Position numbers and translations under genes: made by a program
NCBI GenBank assembly: GCA_964630005.1
Contig: CAZVSW010000001.1
Location: 1-41,027 of the forward strand
DNA: 41,027 nt
Direction: 5' to 3'
Source of the DNA: an uncultured Ruminococcus sp.
GTDB lineage: Bacteria > Bacillota > Clostridia > Oscillospirales > CAG-382
Shown here: piece by piece, positions 15,765 to 26,095 of the stretch
Layout: each line of letters begins with the position of its first letter
How positions within the stretch are numbered: the stretch's first letter is position 1
The notes under the pieces: generated by a model
Seen by the model: only the letters and a program-made list of their open reading frames with translations
What the model was told of the DNA's origin: nothing
The model's database searches: none

Positions 15765-18014
15765 ATGAACACATTAGTTATTATAGAGTCGCCCTTCAAA
15801 GCGCCGACGATCAAAAGCTGTCTCGGTAAGGGATATAAGGTCGTCGCGTCGGTAGGACATGTCCGCGACCTGCCAAAAAGCAAGCTCGGAATCGATGTTG
15901 ACAACGGTTTTGAGCCGCAGTATATAAATATCCGCGGTAAGGGCGAGCTTATTAACGAACTGAAGAAGGAAGCCAAGCAGAGCGACCTTGTTTTGCTTGC
16001 GACCGACCCTGACCGCGAGGGCGAGGCGATCAGCTGGCATCTTTCCGTGGCGCTCGGACTTGACCCTGCGAAGACAAAGCGCATCACGTTCAACGAAATA
16101 ACAAAATCGGCGCTGAAGGAGGCTCTTAAGCATCCGCGCGACATCGATATGAAGCTTGTCGACGCACAGCAGACGCGCCGTATACTCGACCGTCTGGTGG
16201 GTTATAAAATATCTCCGTTTTTGTGGAAGAAGATCAAATCCGGTCTTTCCGCCGGACGCGTACAGTCGGTCGCAACGAGAATGATCGTCGAACGCGACGA
16301 CGAGATACGCGCATTTGTCTCTGAGGAGTACTGGTCTATCACGGCTTCGCTTATAACGTCCGCAGGCGAACAGTTTGAAGCGAAATTTTACGGCAATACC
16401 GACGGCAAGCTGGAGCTCGGCAGCAGCGAAGATACCAAAAAAGTTCTTGACGCTGTGGGAGAAAACGATTTTACGGTCAGTTCCGTCAAAAAACAGGTCA
16501 AACAGCGCCGCCCGTTGCCGCCCTTTACCACGTCTACCCTTCAGCAGGACGCCAACCGCAAGCTCAATTTCCCGTCTCAGCGCACGATGATGATCGCGCA
16601 GGAGCTTTATGAGGGCGTGCATATCGGCGAAAAGGGCCTGCACGGTCTGATAACATATATGCGTACCGACTCGGTCCGCGTGTCAGATGAGGCAAGAGCT
16701 TCTGTCAAGGATTTTATCCTCTCAAACTTCGGCGACGCATATTACCCATCCTCGCCCAATGTATATAAATCAAAATCCGGCGCGCAGGACGCGCACGAGG
16801 CGATAAGACCGACCGACCCGTCGCTTACGCCCGAAAGCGTGCGCGGCAAGCTTTCGAACGACCAGTATAAGCTTTATAAGCTCATATGGGAGCGCTTTGT
16901 CGCAAGTCAGATGAAAGCGGCTGAATTTGACACGGTGTCAGCCGACCTCAACTGCAACGGCTATGTCTTCAGATCGACCGGACGCACCCTTAAATTCCAG
17001 GGCTTTCTTGCCGTGTACGGCGGTATTGACGACGCCGAAAACGAAGAGGACGGAGGTCTCCTCCCCGAACTTGCCGAGGGCAGTACGGCGAAAAACACCG
17101 GTCTTAAGCCCGAACAGCACTTCACCCTGCCCCCCGCCAGATTTACCGAAGGCTCGCTCGTCAAGATGCTTGAAGAAAAGGGCATCGGACGTCCCGCCAC
17201 ATACACCCCCACCATCACCACGATAATCGCCAGGGGCTATGTACAGCGAAACGGCAAATTCCTTGAACCTACCGAGCTCGGAAGGCTCACTACCAAATTC
17301 ATGATAGACGGTTTCCCGAAGATAGTCGACTATGATTTTACCGCCCGCATGGAGGACGATCTCGACCTTATCGAAAACGGAAAAGAAGACTATCACGACA
17401 CATTGTATAATTTCTATTCCGATTTTGTGGAACAGCTCCATAACGCCGACCGTACTCTTGAAAAGGTCGAATATAAAAAACCGGTCATCGAAACCGATAT
17501 AATCTGCGAAAAATGCGGCGCGCGCATGGTCGTCAAGGAGGGTCGGTACGGCAAGTTTGCCGCCTGCCCCAATTTCCCGAAATGCCGCAACACCAAGCGT
17601 CTTGGCAAGGACGGCAAGGCAGAGCCCGAAAAAGAGCCTGAAAAGGAGATCATCTGCGACGAAAAGTGTCCTAACTGCGGCAACGATATGATCCTCCGCA
17701 AGGGCGCGTACGGCTCGTTCTTTGCCTGCCGTAACTATCCCGACTGCAAAACTACCAAGCCGTACTATAAAGATACAGGCTTTGCCTGCCCCAAATGCGG
17801 CAAGCGCGTCGTCACCAAAATGAGCAAGAACAGACGCACGTTTTTTGCGTGCGAGGGATATCCCGAATGTGATTTTTCCTGCTGGGATACGCTTACAAAC
17901 GAAAAGTGCCCCAAGTGCGGCGCAATGGTGCTTAAAAAGAAAAACAAGGAATCGCGTTATTGCAGCATGAACTGCGGCTGGAAGAGCGAAGGCGGTGCGC
18001 AAAATGAAAATTAG
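15765..18014 (+). CDS. topA: DNA topoisomerase I (type IA) with four C-terminal zinc-ribbon motifs
   Basis: The 749-aa ORF has a TOPRIM N-terminus (LVIIESPFKAPTI...ATDPDREGEAI) and an active-site region GLITYMRTDS. The C-terminus repeats CxxC...CxxxxxC units: CEKCG..CPNFPKC, CPNCG..CRNYPDC, CPKCG..CEGYPEC and CPKCG..CSMNC. Confidence 0.95.
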   Translation: MNTLVIIESPFKAPTIKSCLGKGYKVVASVGHVRDLPKSKLGIDVDNGFEPQYINIRGKGELINELKKEAKQSDLVLLATDPDREGEAISWHLSVALGLDPAKTKRITFNEITKSALKEALKHPRDIDMKLVDAQQTRRILDRLVGYKISPFLWKKIKSGLSAGRVQSVATRMIVERDDEIRAFVSEEYWSITASLITSAGEQFEAKFYGNTDGKLELGSSEDTKKVLDAVGENDFTVSSVKKQVKQRRPLPPFTTSTLQQDANRKLNFPSQRTMMIAQELYEGVHIGEKGLHGLITYMRTDSVRVSDEARASVKDFILSNFGDAYYPSSPNVYKSKSGAQDAHEAIRPTDPSLTPESVRGKLSNDQYKLYKLIWERFVASQMKAAEFDTVSADLNCNGYVFRSTGRTLKFQGFLAVYGGIDDAENEEDGGLLPELAEGSTAKNTGLKPEQHFTLPPARFTEGSLVKMLEEKGIGRPATYTPTITTIIARGYVQRNGKFLEPTELGRLTTKFMIDGFPKIVDYDFTARMEDDLDLIENGKEDYHDTLYNFYSDFVEQLHNADRTLEKVEYKKPVIETDIICEKCGARMVVKEGRYGKFAACPNFPKCRNTKRLGKDGKAEPEKEPEKEIICDEKCPNCGNDMILRKGAYGSFFACRNYPDCKTTKPYYKDTGFACPKCGKRVVTKMSKNRRTFFACEGYPECDFSCWDTLTNEKCPKCGAMVLKKKNKESRYCSMNCGWKSEGGAQNEN

Positions 18015-19002
18015 TGTAATTGTTGATGTTATGGGCGGCGACAACCCCGCCTCCGAGCTGGTACGGGGCGCGGTTCAGGGCGCACGCGAATGCGGCGCTT
18101 CGCTTATACTTGTGGGAAAGCGCAGTGAGATCGAGCCCGAGCTCGACGGCTTTGACGCGCGTATCGAAGATACCGACGAGGTCGTATTAATGACCGACGA
18201 CCCGATGGCGTCGCTCCGCGCAAAGAGCAATTCCTCTATGTCGCTCGGTTGCCGCCTCGTTGCGGCAGGAGAGGGCAGCATATTTATCAGCTGCGGCAAT
18301 ACCGGCGCTCTGTATACCGCCGCAAGCCATTACATCCGTTGTTATAACGGCATACGGCGCGCCGCGCTCGGCGCGATCATGCCGCTTTCGTCGCCGTTTG
18401 TCATTGCTGACGCGGGCGCGAACCCCGAAGCCGACGCCAACGCGCTGCTTCGCTTCGCCAAGCTCGGCGAGACATATTGCCGCGTGGCGCTTAAGATCGA
18501 AAATCCGCGCGTTGCGCTGATAAATAACGGCACAGAGCCTTATAAAGGAACAAAAACGATTCGCGAAGCATATCAACTGCTTTCTGCGTCGGATATGAAT
18601 TTCATCGGCAACTGCGAGGGAAGGGATCTTCCGCTCGGCGGATGTGACGTCGCGGTGTGCGACGGCTTTACCGGCAACGTTGCGATAAAGACCATCGAAG
18701 GCATGGGACGGTTTGTGAGATCCGGCGTAAAGAGCGTTATAAAGACCAATTTGAAAACCAAGATCGGAGCAATGCTCCTTCAGAAGGAGCTTAAAAACTT
18801 CATCGGCGGACTTGACGATACCGCATACGGCGGCGCGCCGCTTCTCGGCATTTCAAAGCCGGTTTTGAAGATGCACGGCAACGCCGACAGCAACACCGTA
18901 AGAACGGCGGTGGTTCAGGCGTATGATCTGATCAAAAACGGGCTTGCCGAAAAAATGGAGGAAGGCGTTGCTTCGCTCAGAAAGGTGGCTTTGGAAACAT
19001 GA
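18004..19002 (+). CDS. plsX: Phosphate acyltransferase PlsX
   Basis: This is ORF 17995 (GTG)..19002. I prefer ATG 18004 (MKISVIVDVMGGDNP...), which is preceded by GAAGGCGG. The start overlaps the end of topA. Confidence 0.9.
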   Translation: MKISVIVDVMGGDNPASELVRGAVQGARECGASLILVGKRSEIEPELDGFDARIEDTDEVVLMTDDPMASLRAKSNSSMSLGCRLVAAGEGSIFISCGNTGALYTAASHYIRCYNGIRRAALGAIMPLSSPFVIADAGANPEADANALLRFAKLGETYCRVALKIENPRVALINNGTEPYKGTKTIREAYQLLSASDMNFIGNCEGRDLPLGGCDVAVCDGFTGNVAIKTIEGMGRFVRSGVKSVIKTNLKTKIGAMLLQKELKNFIGGLDDTAYGGAPLLGISKPVLKMHGNADSNTVRTAVVQAYDLIKNGLAEKMEEGVASLRKVALET

Positions 19003-19721
19003 AAAACGATGATATTCAGCGCCCGCAGGAGGAGCTTGAGATCAAGATAGGCTATATCTTCAACAACAAAGAGCTGCTTCAGAATGCGCTGACTCATTCG
19101 TCCTATTCAAACGAGACGCGCGGCAAGGAAGGGTATGCCGATTGCAACGAACGGCTGGAATTTCTCGGCGATTCGGTGCTTTCTATCATAGTATCCGACT
19201 ATATTTATAAAAACTATCACGAGCTTGACGAGGGCGATCTTACGCGTATACGCGCGTCGGTAGTGTGCGAAAATTCGCTTGCAGAGATCGCTTCCGAGCT
19301 TTCGCTGGGAAGCTATATCTACCTCGGTCACGGCGAGATCGTCACCCACGGCAGACACAGAAAGTCGATCATCAGCGACGCGACAGAGGCGCTCCTTGCG
19401 GCGATATATCTCGACGGCGGCATAGAGTGCGCGCGCGAGTTCATTCTTCCGCGCCTTGTGAATTCAATAAAAAACAGCGCCCGCAAGGGAGCAGAGGATT
19501 ATAAATCAAAGCTCCAGCGCATTGTACAGCAAACTCCGGAGGAGCTTTTGGAGTATGTGCTCGTGGACGAGGAAGGTCCTGCCCACGACCGTGTCTTCAC
19601 CATGGAGGTTCGCTTAAACAGCAATGTACTCGGCAAGGGAAGCGGTCACAGCAAGAGAGAGGCCGAGCAGTATGCGGCGCGTATGGCGCTCGAATATTTT
19701 GAAGATGAAGGCAAAGCATAA
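18999..19721 (+). CDS. rnc: Ribonuclease III
   Basis: The 240-aa ORF has the RNase III signature ERLEFLGDSVL and a C-terminal dsRBD (...GSGHSKREAEQYAARMALE). Its ATG overlaps the plsX stop codon. Confidence 0.95.
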   Translation: MKNDDIQRPQEELEIKIGYIFNNKELLQNALTHSSYSNETRGKEGYADCNERLEFLGDSVLSIIVSDYIYKNYHELDEGDLTRIRASVVCENSLAEIASELSLGSYIYLGHGEIVTHGRHRKSIISDATEALLAAIYLDGGIECAREFILPRLVNSIKNSARKGAEDYKSKLQRIVQQTPEELLEYVLVDEEGPAHDRVFTMEVRLNSNVLGKGSGHSKREAEQYAARMALEYFEDEGKA

Positions 19722-20709
19722 GAATATACCGTTTTTCATCCCTCACGAGGGCTGCGGATTCAAATGCATTTTCTGCTCGCAGACAAAGATAACCGGCGTT
19801 TGCCGCACTGCGGCTCAGATCGAAAGCGAATGCAGTGAGCTCAGAAGTACCGTCGAAGCGTCGCTTGCCACCCTTGGCGATAATACGGCGGAAATAGCTT
19901 TTTTCGGCGGCAGTTTTACCGGAATAGAGCCGGAGCGGATGATAAGCCTGCTTGACATAGCTTCATCCTATATCGGCGACAGGATAACCGGCATACGCCT
20001 TTCCACCCGCCCCGATTATATCGACGGCGAGATATGCAGGATCTTAAAATCCTATGGAGTGACGGCGGTCGAGCTCGGAATTCAGTCGACCTCAGACAAG
20101 GTGCTTGCCGCAAGCAAGAGAGGGCACACATCGGATGTGAGTGAAAAAGCGTGTTACCTTATAAAGGAAAACGGTTTTTTGCTTACAGGTCAGATGATGT
20201 GCGGTCTGCCGTGCTCTTCGCCCGAAGACGAGCTCGCCACTGCCGGGGCTATCGTCAGCTGGAAGTGCGACAGCACGCGTATCTACCCGACCGTAGTGTT
20301 TGAGGGTACGGAGCTTTACCGTATGACGCAGGACGGCAGATATACGCCGCTCACAACCGAAGATGCGGTGAAAAGAGCCGCCGACTGCGCGGTCGTGTTT
20401 ATAAAAAACGGCGTGAAGCTGCTTCGGATAGGTCTGCATTCGTCGGAAAATCTGGCAGACGCTCCGTACGGCGCGACCCATCCCGCGCTCGGAGAGCTTG
20501 TGATGAGTGAGATATACTACCGTCTCATGCGCCCCGCGCTTGAAAGCGCGAACGGCGGCAGGAAGACCGTGTACGTCCCGAAGGGAGCGATCTCAAAGGC
20601 GGTCGGGCAACATAGAAAAAACGCTCTGCGTCTTGAAAGCGAGACCGGCAAAAAGCTTGTATTTACCGAAGACGGCTCGCTTGAAGAATATATGATAAGG
20701 ATAGAGTAA
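19705..20709 (+). CDS. Radical SAM protein (ELP3-like family commonly found between rnc and smc)
   Basis: This is ORF 19624..20709 trimmed to ATG 19705 (MKAKHKNIPFFIPHEGCGFKCIFCSQ), which carries a Cx3Cx2C cluster motif. It overlaps the end of rnc. Confidence 0.8.
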   Translation: MKAKHKNIPFFIPHEGCGFKCIFCSQTKITGVCRTAAQIESECSELRSTVEASLATLGDNTAEIAFFGGSFTGIEPERMISLLDIASSYIGDRITGIRLSTRPDYIDGEICRILKSYGVTAVELGIQSTSDKVLAASKRGHTSDVSEKACYLIKENGFLLTGQMMCGLPCSSPEDELATAGAIVSWKCDSTRIYPTVVFEGTELYRMTQDGRYTPLTTEDAVKRAADCAVVFIKNGVKLLRIGLHSSENLADAPYGATHPALGELVMSEIYYRLMRPALESANGGRKTVYVPKGAISKAVGQHRKNALRLESETGKKLVFTEDGSLEEYMIRIE

Positions 20710-20711
20710 AA

Positions 20712-23700
20712 TTGAGACTGAAACAGATTGAGCTTCAGGGCTTTAAATCATTTGCAGAAAAAACGAAAATTGATTTTCCCGCCGGGCTTACTGTTGTTAT
20801 CGGTCCTAACGGAAGCGGAAAGAGCAATATAAGCGATGCGGTTCGCTGGGTGCTTGGCGAAATGAGCCTGAAGACGCTTCGCGGCAGTAAAATGGAGGAC
20901 GTTATCTTCAACGGAACGGCAAAGCGCCAGCCGGCGGGCTATACCGCGGTCTCGCTTTACCTCGATACGTCTGAGGAGCACGCGTCAAAGGAAGAAGACG
21001 CTCCCGCTCAGGCACAGGACAGAATACGCCTTTCGGACGCGCCGGAGGTCGTCATCACAAGAAGATACTACAGAACCGGCGAAAGCGAATATTATATCAA
21101 CAAAAAACAGGTAAGACTCAAAGATATATACGAGCTGTTTTATGATACGGGAATAGGGCGCGAGGGCTACTCCGTCATAGGCCAGGGCAAGATATCTGAA
21201 GTGCTTTCCGCAAAAGGCGACGAGCGCCGCTCCATTTTTGAGGAGGCGTCGGGAATAAGCAAATACCGTTCCCGTAAGAACGAAGCGGAAAGAAAGCTCC
21301 GCGACACCGAAAATAATCTTGTGCGCATAAACGATATCGTCGGCGAGCTGTCGGCGCGTATCGGACCGCTTGAAAAAGAGGCGGAAAACGCAAAAAAATA
21401 CCTCACGCTGAGCGAGGAAAAGAAGGGTCTTGAAATCACCGTCTGGCTCGAACGTACTGATAAGATACGCCTGGAAATGGGCGAGAGGGAACAAAACCTT
21501 GCCGCCGCAAAGCTTGAACTGGAACTTGCCGACGAAGATATAAAACGGCTTGAAAACGAAGAGGAGCGCTCCGCGCAGGAGGGCTATGAGCTGATGCGCC
21601 GCAAGGGCGAGGCCGAGAATGAAATGTCTGCGGCGGAGTCTGCTTCCGCAGAAGCTGTCGGCAGAAAGGCCGTTATTGAAAACGAGATAGGGCATCTTAA
21701 AACCAAAATAGAGGATTGCAAGGCCGATGTTTCGGCGGCAAAGGCACTGCTTGAAGCCGTCGACGGCGACGAGAGCGGCGCTTTGGAAGCGCTTGAAAAA
21801 GCAAGAGCGGAGCTGGGCGACGCGGAAAATGTCAAAAAACAGCTCTCTGCCGCTTATAATAACGCGGTATTTTCCTCTGACGAAGCGACCGAGCGAGCCG
21901 AAAAGCTTTCGAATGACATCGAAAAGCTGTCTGCGCTCCTTTCCGAAACGGAGATCGAGCGCGCAGGGCTTACGGCGCGCCTCGAAAGCGCTGATAACGC
22001 AGACGACGGAAGGCTTGACGCGAGCAGACAGCGCGCTCTGGAGCTTGAACAAAGCACCGACGAAGCAAGAATAAAGCTTGAAAAAGCCGTGGGCGAATGC
22101 GACGAAGTGAAATCACGCATACGCGAGTCGGAAGACCAGATAAGAAGGCTTGACGGCGACAAAAACAGTATTGACGAAAAAATATCGGCACAGAAAATAA
22201 AAGCGGCGTCTCTTGAAGAACAGCGCGACGGACTGCTTCGCCTTGACAGACTGTTCGAAGGCTATTCCGGCGCGGTAAAGACCGTCATGAACGCTTCTAA
22301 GGACGGAAGAATCCGCACCGAACGCGGAAACGTAAAAATACACGGTACGGTTGCGTCGCTGCTTTCCACCGACGGCGAGTACGTCGTTGCGCTGGAAACG
22401 GCGCTTGGCGCGTCTGTTCAGTTTGTGGTTGTGGAAACCGAAGCGGACGCAAAGGCTTCGATAGCATTTCTGAAGCGTACCGGCGGCGGAAGAGCCACAT
22501 TCCTTCCGCTTGACACGGTAAAAGGCAGGCGGTGCGACGTGTCCGCCATAAAAAATCTTCCCGGTTATGTGGGCATCGCAAGCGAACTTGCGCTTTGCGA
22601 CGACAAATATATAGGAATTGCAGACGAACTGCTAGGTCGGACCGTCATTGCGGCGGATATCGATTCGGCGTCGGTCATTGCAAGAAAAAGCGGTTTCCGC
22701 GTCAAGATCGTCACAAAGGACGGTCAGGTCATCAATGCCGGCGGAAGCTATACAGGCGGTTCGCCCGCGCAAAAGGTGGGCGTTTTTACGCGTGGCGTTG
22801 ATATAGAGCGCCTTGACAGTCAGATCAAGGATGCAAATCACGCGCTCTTTGACCTTGAAACAGACCGCAGAAAGATCACAAGAAAAATAGAAGAGCTTCA
22901 AAGCCTGGTCGCAGAAGCGCAGGAAGAGCTTGAGCTTCTCACTTCTTCCTGCGACGAAGCCCGCTCGGACTTCGGCGGTATCTCCGCACGGCTTGAGGAA
23001 GAAAGGCTTCGCCTGTCCGAGCTTGAAGAAGCGCTCGAAAGCAGTGTCAGAAGCAGAAGTGAAAACGAAGAAAAGCTTTTGAAGCTCGATGCCGAGATAG
23101 AAAAGATCAAGGGCGATATCTCTTCTTCAAAGGAAGCGCTTCAAAAACAGCGCGATGCTATCTCGGTTCTTAAAAACAGCGAAGCCGCAGCGCTTGAAAA
23201 GCTTAGCGCCTTCCGCGTCGAGGAGGTAAAGCTTTCCTCGGCGGCAGAGACGGCGGAAAGCCGTTTGTCGGCCGTTGTTTCCAAAAAACAGGAATACAGC
23301 GCAAGAATCGAAGCGGCAACTGCCGTTATGAACGAAAGCGAAGCGTCGGTTGGCGCTTTTGAAAGCGAAGCCGCGTCGCTTGCCGCCGACATCGCTTCAA
23401 ATGACGAAAAGATCCGCGCTCTTGCGGCGCTTAAGGCAGAGCTTGAAGCCGAATATGCCGCCAAGGAACAGCGCGACGCCGAGCGGCGCAGTGAAGCCAG
23501 GGCGGCAAGTACCAGACGCGATCAGGCGTTCAGATCGTTTACCGGTCTTGAAAGCGGCGTTGAAGCACAGCATAAGGAGTATGACACGCTTATATCCCGT
23601 TTGTGGGACGAATATGAGCTTACATATTCCGAGGCGGAAAAGTTCAGACTACCCGAAGAAAAGATGGTCAAGGCGCAGACAAGAATAAATTACCTCAAAA

Positions 23701-24335
23701 GTCAGATAAAGGCGCTGGGCAACATCAACGTCAATGCCGTCAGCGAATACGCCGAAACAAAAGAGCGATATGACTTTCTCACCGCTCAGGTCGACGACCT
23801 GAACAAGACAAGGCGCAGTCTTGACGGAGTTATCTCAAAGCTGAACGCCACTATGCGCGCCACCTTTACCGAAACTATTGCACGTATCGACGCCGCGTTT
23901 GCGGAATCGTTTACCGAGCTGTTCGGCGGAGGGCAGGGGCATATTGAGCTTCAGGACCCCGAAAATCCGCTTGAATGCGGCATAGATATCATAATTCGCC
24001 CGCCGGGAAAGAGCGTAAAATCGATCTCTCTTCTTTCGGGCGGTGAACAGTCCTTCGCGGCGATCGCGCTGTATTTGGCGCTTCAACAGATCAACCCTGC
24101 GCCGTTTTGCATTTTCGACGAGATCGAATCGGCGCTTGACGACGTCAACCTGGTCCGCTTTGTCGATTACGTCAAACGCAGATGCGAAAAAACGCAGTAT
24201 ATCATGATCACTCACCGCCGCGGTACAATGGAACGCGCCGACACTATTTACGGCGTTACCATGTATGAAAAGGGAGTTTCGGACTACATCAAGCTCGATA
24301 TTTCCAAAATTGAAAAATATAGCGATGTAAAATGA
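20712..24335 (+). CDS. smc: Chromosome segregation protein SMC
   Basis: The 1207-aa ORF has a TTG start. It has Walker A (GPNGSGKSNISDA), long coiled-coil segments, a hinge region, the signature motif LSGGEQS and Walker B (FCIFDEIESALD). Confidence 0.95.
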   Translation: MRLKQIELQGFKSFAEKTKIDFPAGLTVVIGPNGSGKSNISDAVRWVLGEMSLKTLRGSKMEDVIFNGTAKRQPAGYTAVSLYLDTSEEHASKEEDAPAQAQDRIRLSDAPEVVITRRYYRTGESEYYINKKQVRLKDIYELFYDTGIGREGYSVIGQGKISEVLSAKGDERRSIFEEASGISKYRSRKNEAERKLRDTENNLVRINDIVGELSARIGPLEKEAENAKKYLTLSEEKKGLEITVWLERTDKIRLEMGEREQNLAAAKLELELADEDIKRLENEEERSAQEGYELMRRKGEAENEMSAAESASAEAVGRKAVIENEIGHLKTKIEDCKADVSAAKALLEAVDGDESGALEALEKARAELGDAENVKKQLSAAYNNAVFSSDEATERAEKLSNDIEKLSALLSETEIERAGLTARLESADNADDGRLDASRQRALELEQSTDEARIKLEKAVGECDEVKSRIRESEDQIRRLDGDKNSIDEKISAQKIKAASLEEQRDGLLRLDRLFEGYSGAVKTVMNASKDGRIRTERGNVKIHGTVASLLSTDGEYVVALETALGASVQFVVVETEADAKASIAFLKRTGGGRATFLPLDTVKGRRCDVSAIKNLPGYVGIASELALCDDKYIGIADELLGRTVIAADIDSASVIARKSGFRVKIVTKDGQVINAGGSYTGGSPAQKVGVFTRGVDIERLDSQIKDANHALFDLETDRRKITRKIEELQSLVAEAQEELELLTSSCDEARSDFGGISARLEEERLRLSELEEALESSVRSRSENEEKLLKLDAEIEKIKGDISSSKEALQKQRDAISVLKNSEAAALEKLSAFRVEEVKLSSAAETAESRLSAVVSKKQEYSARIEAATAVMNESEASVGAFESEAASLAADIASNDEKIRALAALKAELEAEYAAKEQRDAERRSEARAASTRRDQAFRSFTGLESGVEAQHKEYDTLISRLWDEYELTYSEAEKFRLPEEKMVKAQTRINYLKSQIKALGNINVNAVSEYAETKERYDFLTAQVDDLNKTRRSLDGVISKLNATMRATFTETIARIDAAFAESFTELFGGGQGHIELQDPENPLECGIDIIIRPPGKSVKSISLLSGGEQSFAAIALYLALQQINPAPFCIFDEIESALDDVNLVRFVDYVKRRCEKTQYIMITHRRGTMERADTIYGVTMYEKGVSDYIKLDISKIEKYSDVK

Positions 24336-24500
24336 GACTGAAGACAAACACCTGTTTTTCCGGCTTCGGAAGGAAAAGGGGTGTCAGGGGAGAAACCATC
24401 AGGGTTTTCGCCCCCTGAATATAATCAAATCATCGAAATCTGATCATGATTGTATTTTTGGACTTGGTCAGCAATCTGATGTAAAACAGGAGCACCAAAA

Positions 24501-25430
24501 GTGGGATTTTTTGAAAAACTTAAAAACGGACTGAAAAAAACAAAGGACGCGCTCATGAAGCCCGTCAACACTTTGTTTTCGTCATACGATAAAGTAGACG
24601 ACGACTTTTACGAAGAATTATTCGACATACTCGTCATGTCCGACGTGGGCGTCGAAACATCGGACGAGATAATCAACAGCCTCAAGGAGCGTCTTAAGGA
24701 AAAAAAGATCAAAGAGACCGAGGCGGCGCGCGAGGAGCTTTTGGCTATCATGACCGAGCTCGTTGACGACGGCAGTAACAGCTTTGATCCCGACGACGGT
24801 CCTGCGGTGGTTCTCATTATCGGCGTAAACGGCGTGGGCAAGACCACTTCGATCGGAAAGATTTCCGCAATGCTCACTTCAAACCGCAAGAAGGTCGTCC
24901 TTGCGGCGGCAGACACCTTCCGCGCCGCCGCCATAGAACAGCTCGGCGTCTGGGCAGACAGAGTAGGCGTGCCGATGATAAAGCAGGGCGAGGGCGCAGA
25001 TCCTGCGGCGGTCGTTTTTGACGCTATCGCTTCGTTCCGCAAGCAAAACGCCGACTTCCTTATCGTTGACACCGCGGGCAGACTTCACAACAAAAAGAAC
25101 CTGCTTGACGAGCTGGCGAAGATCAACCGTGTTATCGACAGAGAGCTTCCGGGCATCAAGCGCGAGACGTTTTTGGTGCTTGACGCCGTTACCGGTCAAA
25201 ACGGTCTTTCTCAGGCCAAGGAATTCACCGCCGCGGCTAATATTACTGGCATCGTGCTCACAAAGCTGGACGGCACGGCAAAGGGCGGCATCGTTCTTGC
25301 CATCAAACGCGAACTCGGCATACCGGTCAAGCTTATCGGCGTAGGCGAGGGAATAGACGACCTTCAGCCGTTTAACGGTACTGAATTCGTCAAGGCAATG
25401 TTTGAAGGCAGTGCCGGAGATGCGTCATGA
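24501..25430 (+). CDS. ftsY: Signal recognition particle receptor FtsY
   Basis: The 309-aa ORF has a GTG start preceded by AGGAG at an 8-nt spacing. It begins (M)[14 protein letters not shown] and has the NG domain motifs [18 protein letters not shown] and TKLDG. Confidence 0.93.
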   Translation: MGFFEKLKNGLKKTKDALMKPVNTLFSSYDKVDDDFYEELFDILVMSDVGVETSDEIINSLKERLKEKKIKETEAAREELLAIMTELVDDGSNSFDPDDGPAVVLIIGVNGVGKTTSIGKISAMLTSNRKKVVLAAADTFRAAAIEQLGVWADRVGVPMIKQGEGADPAAVVFDAIASFRKQNADFLIVDTAGRLHNKKNLLDELAKINRVIDRELPGIKRETFLVLDAVTGQNGLSQAKEFTAAANITGIVLTKLDGTAKGGIVLAIKRELGIPVKLIGVGEGIDDLQPFNGTEFVKAMFEGSAGDAS

Positions 25431-26035
25431 AGATAGTTATTGCAACGGGCAACCGTCATAAGGTGGAAGAGCTCAGCCGTCTTCTCATACCCGAAGACGG
25501 GGGAGAATATACATTTATCTCCATGAAGGATGCGGGCTTTGGCGGCAGTATCGTCGAAGACGCCGATACCTTTGAGGGGAACGCGCTGATAAAAGCAAAA
25601 GCGGTCTGCGAAGCGACGGGGCTTGTCGCCGTTGCGGACGATTCGGGGCTTTGCGTCGACGCGCTCGACGGCGCTCCGGGAATATTTTCCGCGCGATTTG
25701 CGGGCGAGCCCTGCGACGACGCAAAAAATAACGCCAAGCTGCTTGAAGAGCTTAAAGACGTGCCTTTCGAAAAGCGTACGGCGAGGTTTTGCTGTGTTAT
25801 TGCGGCGGCGTTTCCGGACGGACGTACCGTCACTGCGTGCGGCGACTGCCCGGGCGTTATTGCTTTTGAAAGAAAAGGCGACGGCGATTTCGGGTACGAT
25901 CCGATATTCTACTATCCGCCGTTTGGCAAAACCTTTGCGGAAATGACAAGCGACGAAAAAAACAGCATAAGCCACAGGGGCGCTGCGGCTTTGAATTTTA
26001 AAAAAGTGTTTTTTGACGCTTTGAACAAAAACTGA
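25427..26035 (+). CDS. rdgB: Non-canonical purine NTP pyrophosphatase (RdgB/HAM1 family)
   Basis: The 202-aa ORF reads [15 protein letters not shown]...DDSGLCVDALDGAPGIFSARF...GFGYDPIF...SHRG. Its start forms an ATGA overlap with the ftsY stop codon. Confidence 0.9.
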   Translation: MKIVIATGNRHKVEELSRLLIPEDGGEYTFISMKDAGFGGSIVEDADTFEGNALIKAKAVCEATGLVAVADDSGLCVDALDGAPGIFSARFAGEPCDDAKNNAKLLEELKDVPFEKRTARFCCVIAAAFPDGRTVTACGDCPGVIAFERKGDGDFGYDPIFYYPPFGKTFAEMTSDEKNSISHRGAAALNFKKVFFDALNKN

Positions 26036-26095
26036 AAATTTTGTCTGTGCCGCACAGCTTAGACAGCGTCTGCTGCGCAAGAGGGGGAGATCGAG

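Noticed and set aside
16938-18044. Long antisense ORFs inside topA (368 aa and 289 aa), smc (20985-22052, 355 aa), the DUF1385 gene and prmC (12002-12910, 302 aa), rel (31683-32456), cdaR (26994-27692) and hemZ (33763-34425).
   Set aside because: Each lies entirely opposite a confidently identified conserved gene. They have arginine-, alanine- and glycine-rich low-complexity compositions typical of antisense frames and no SD sequence or recognisable motifs.
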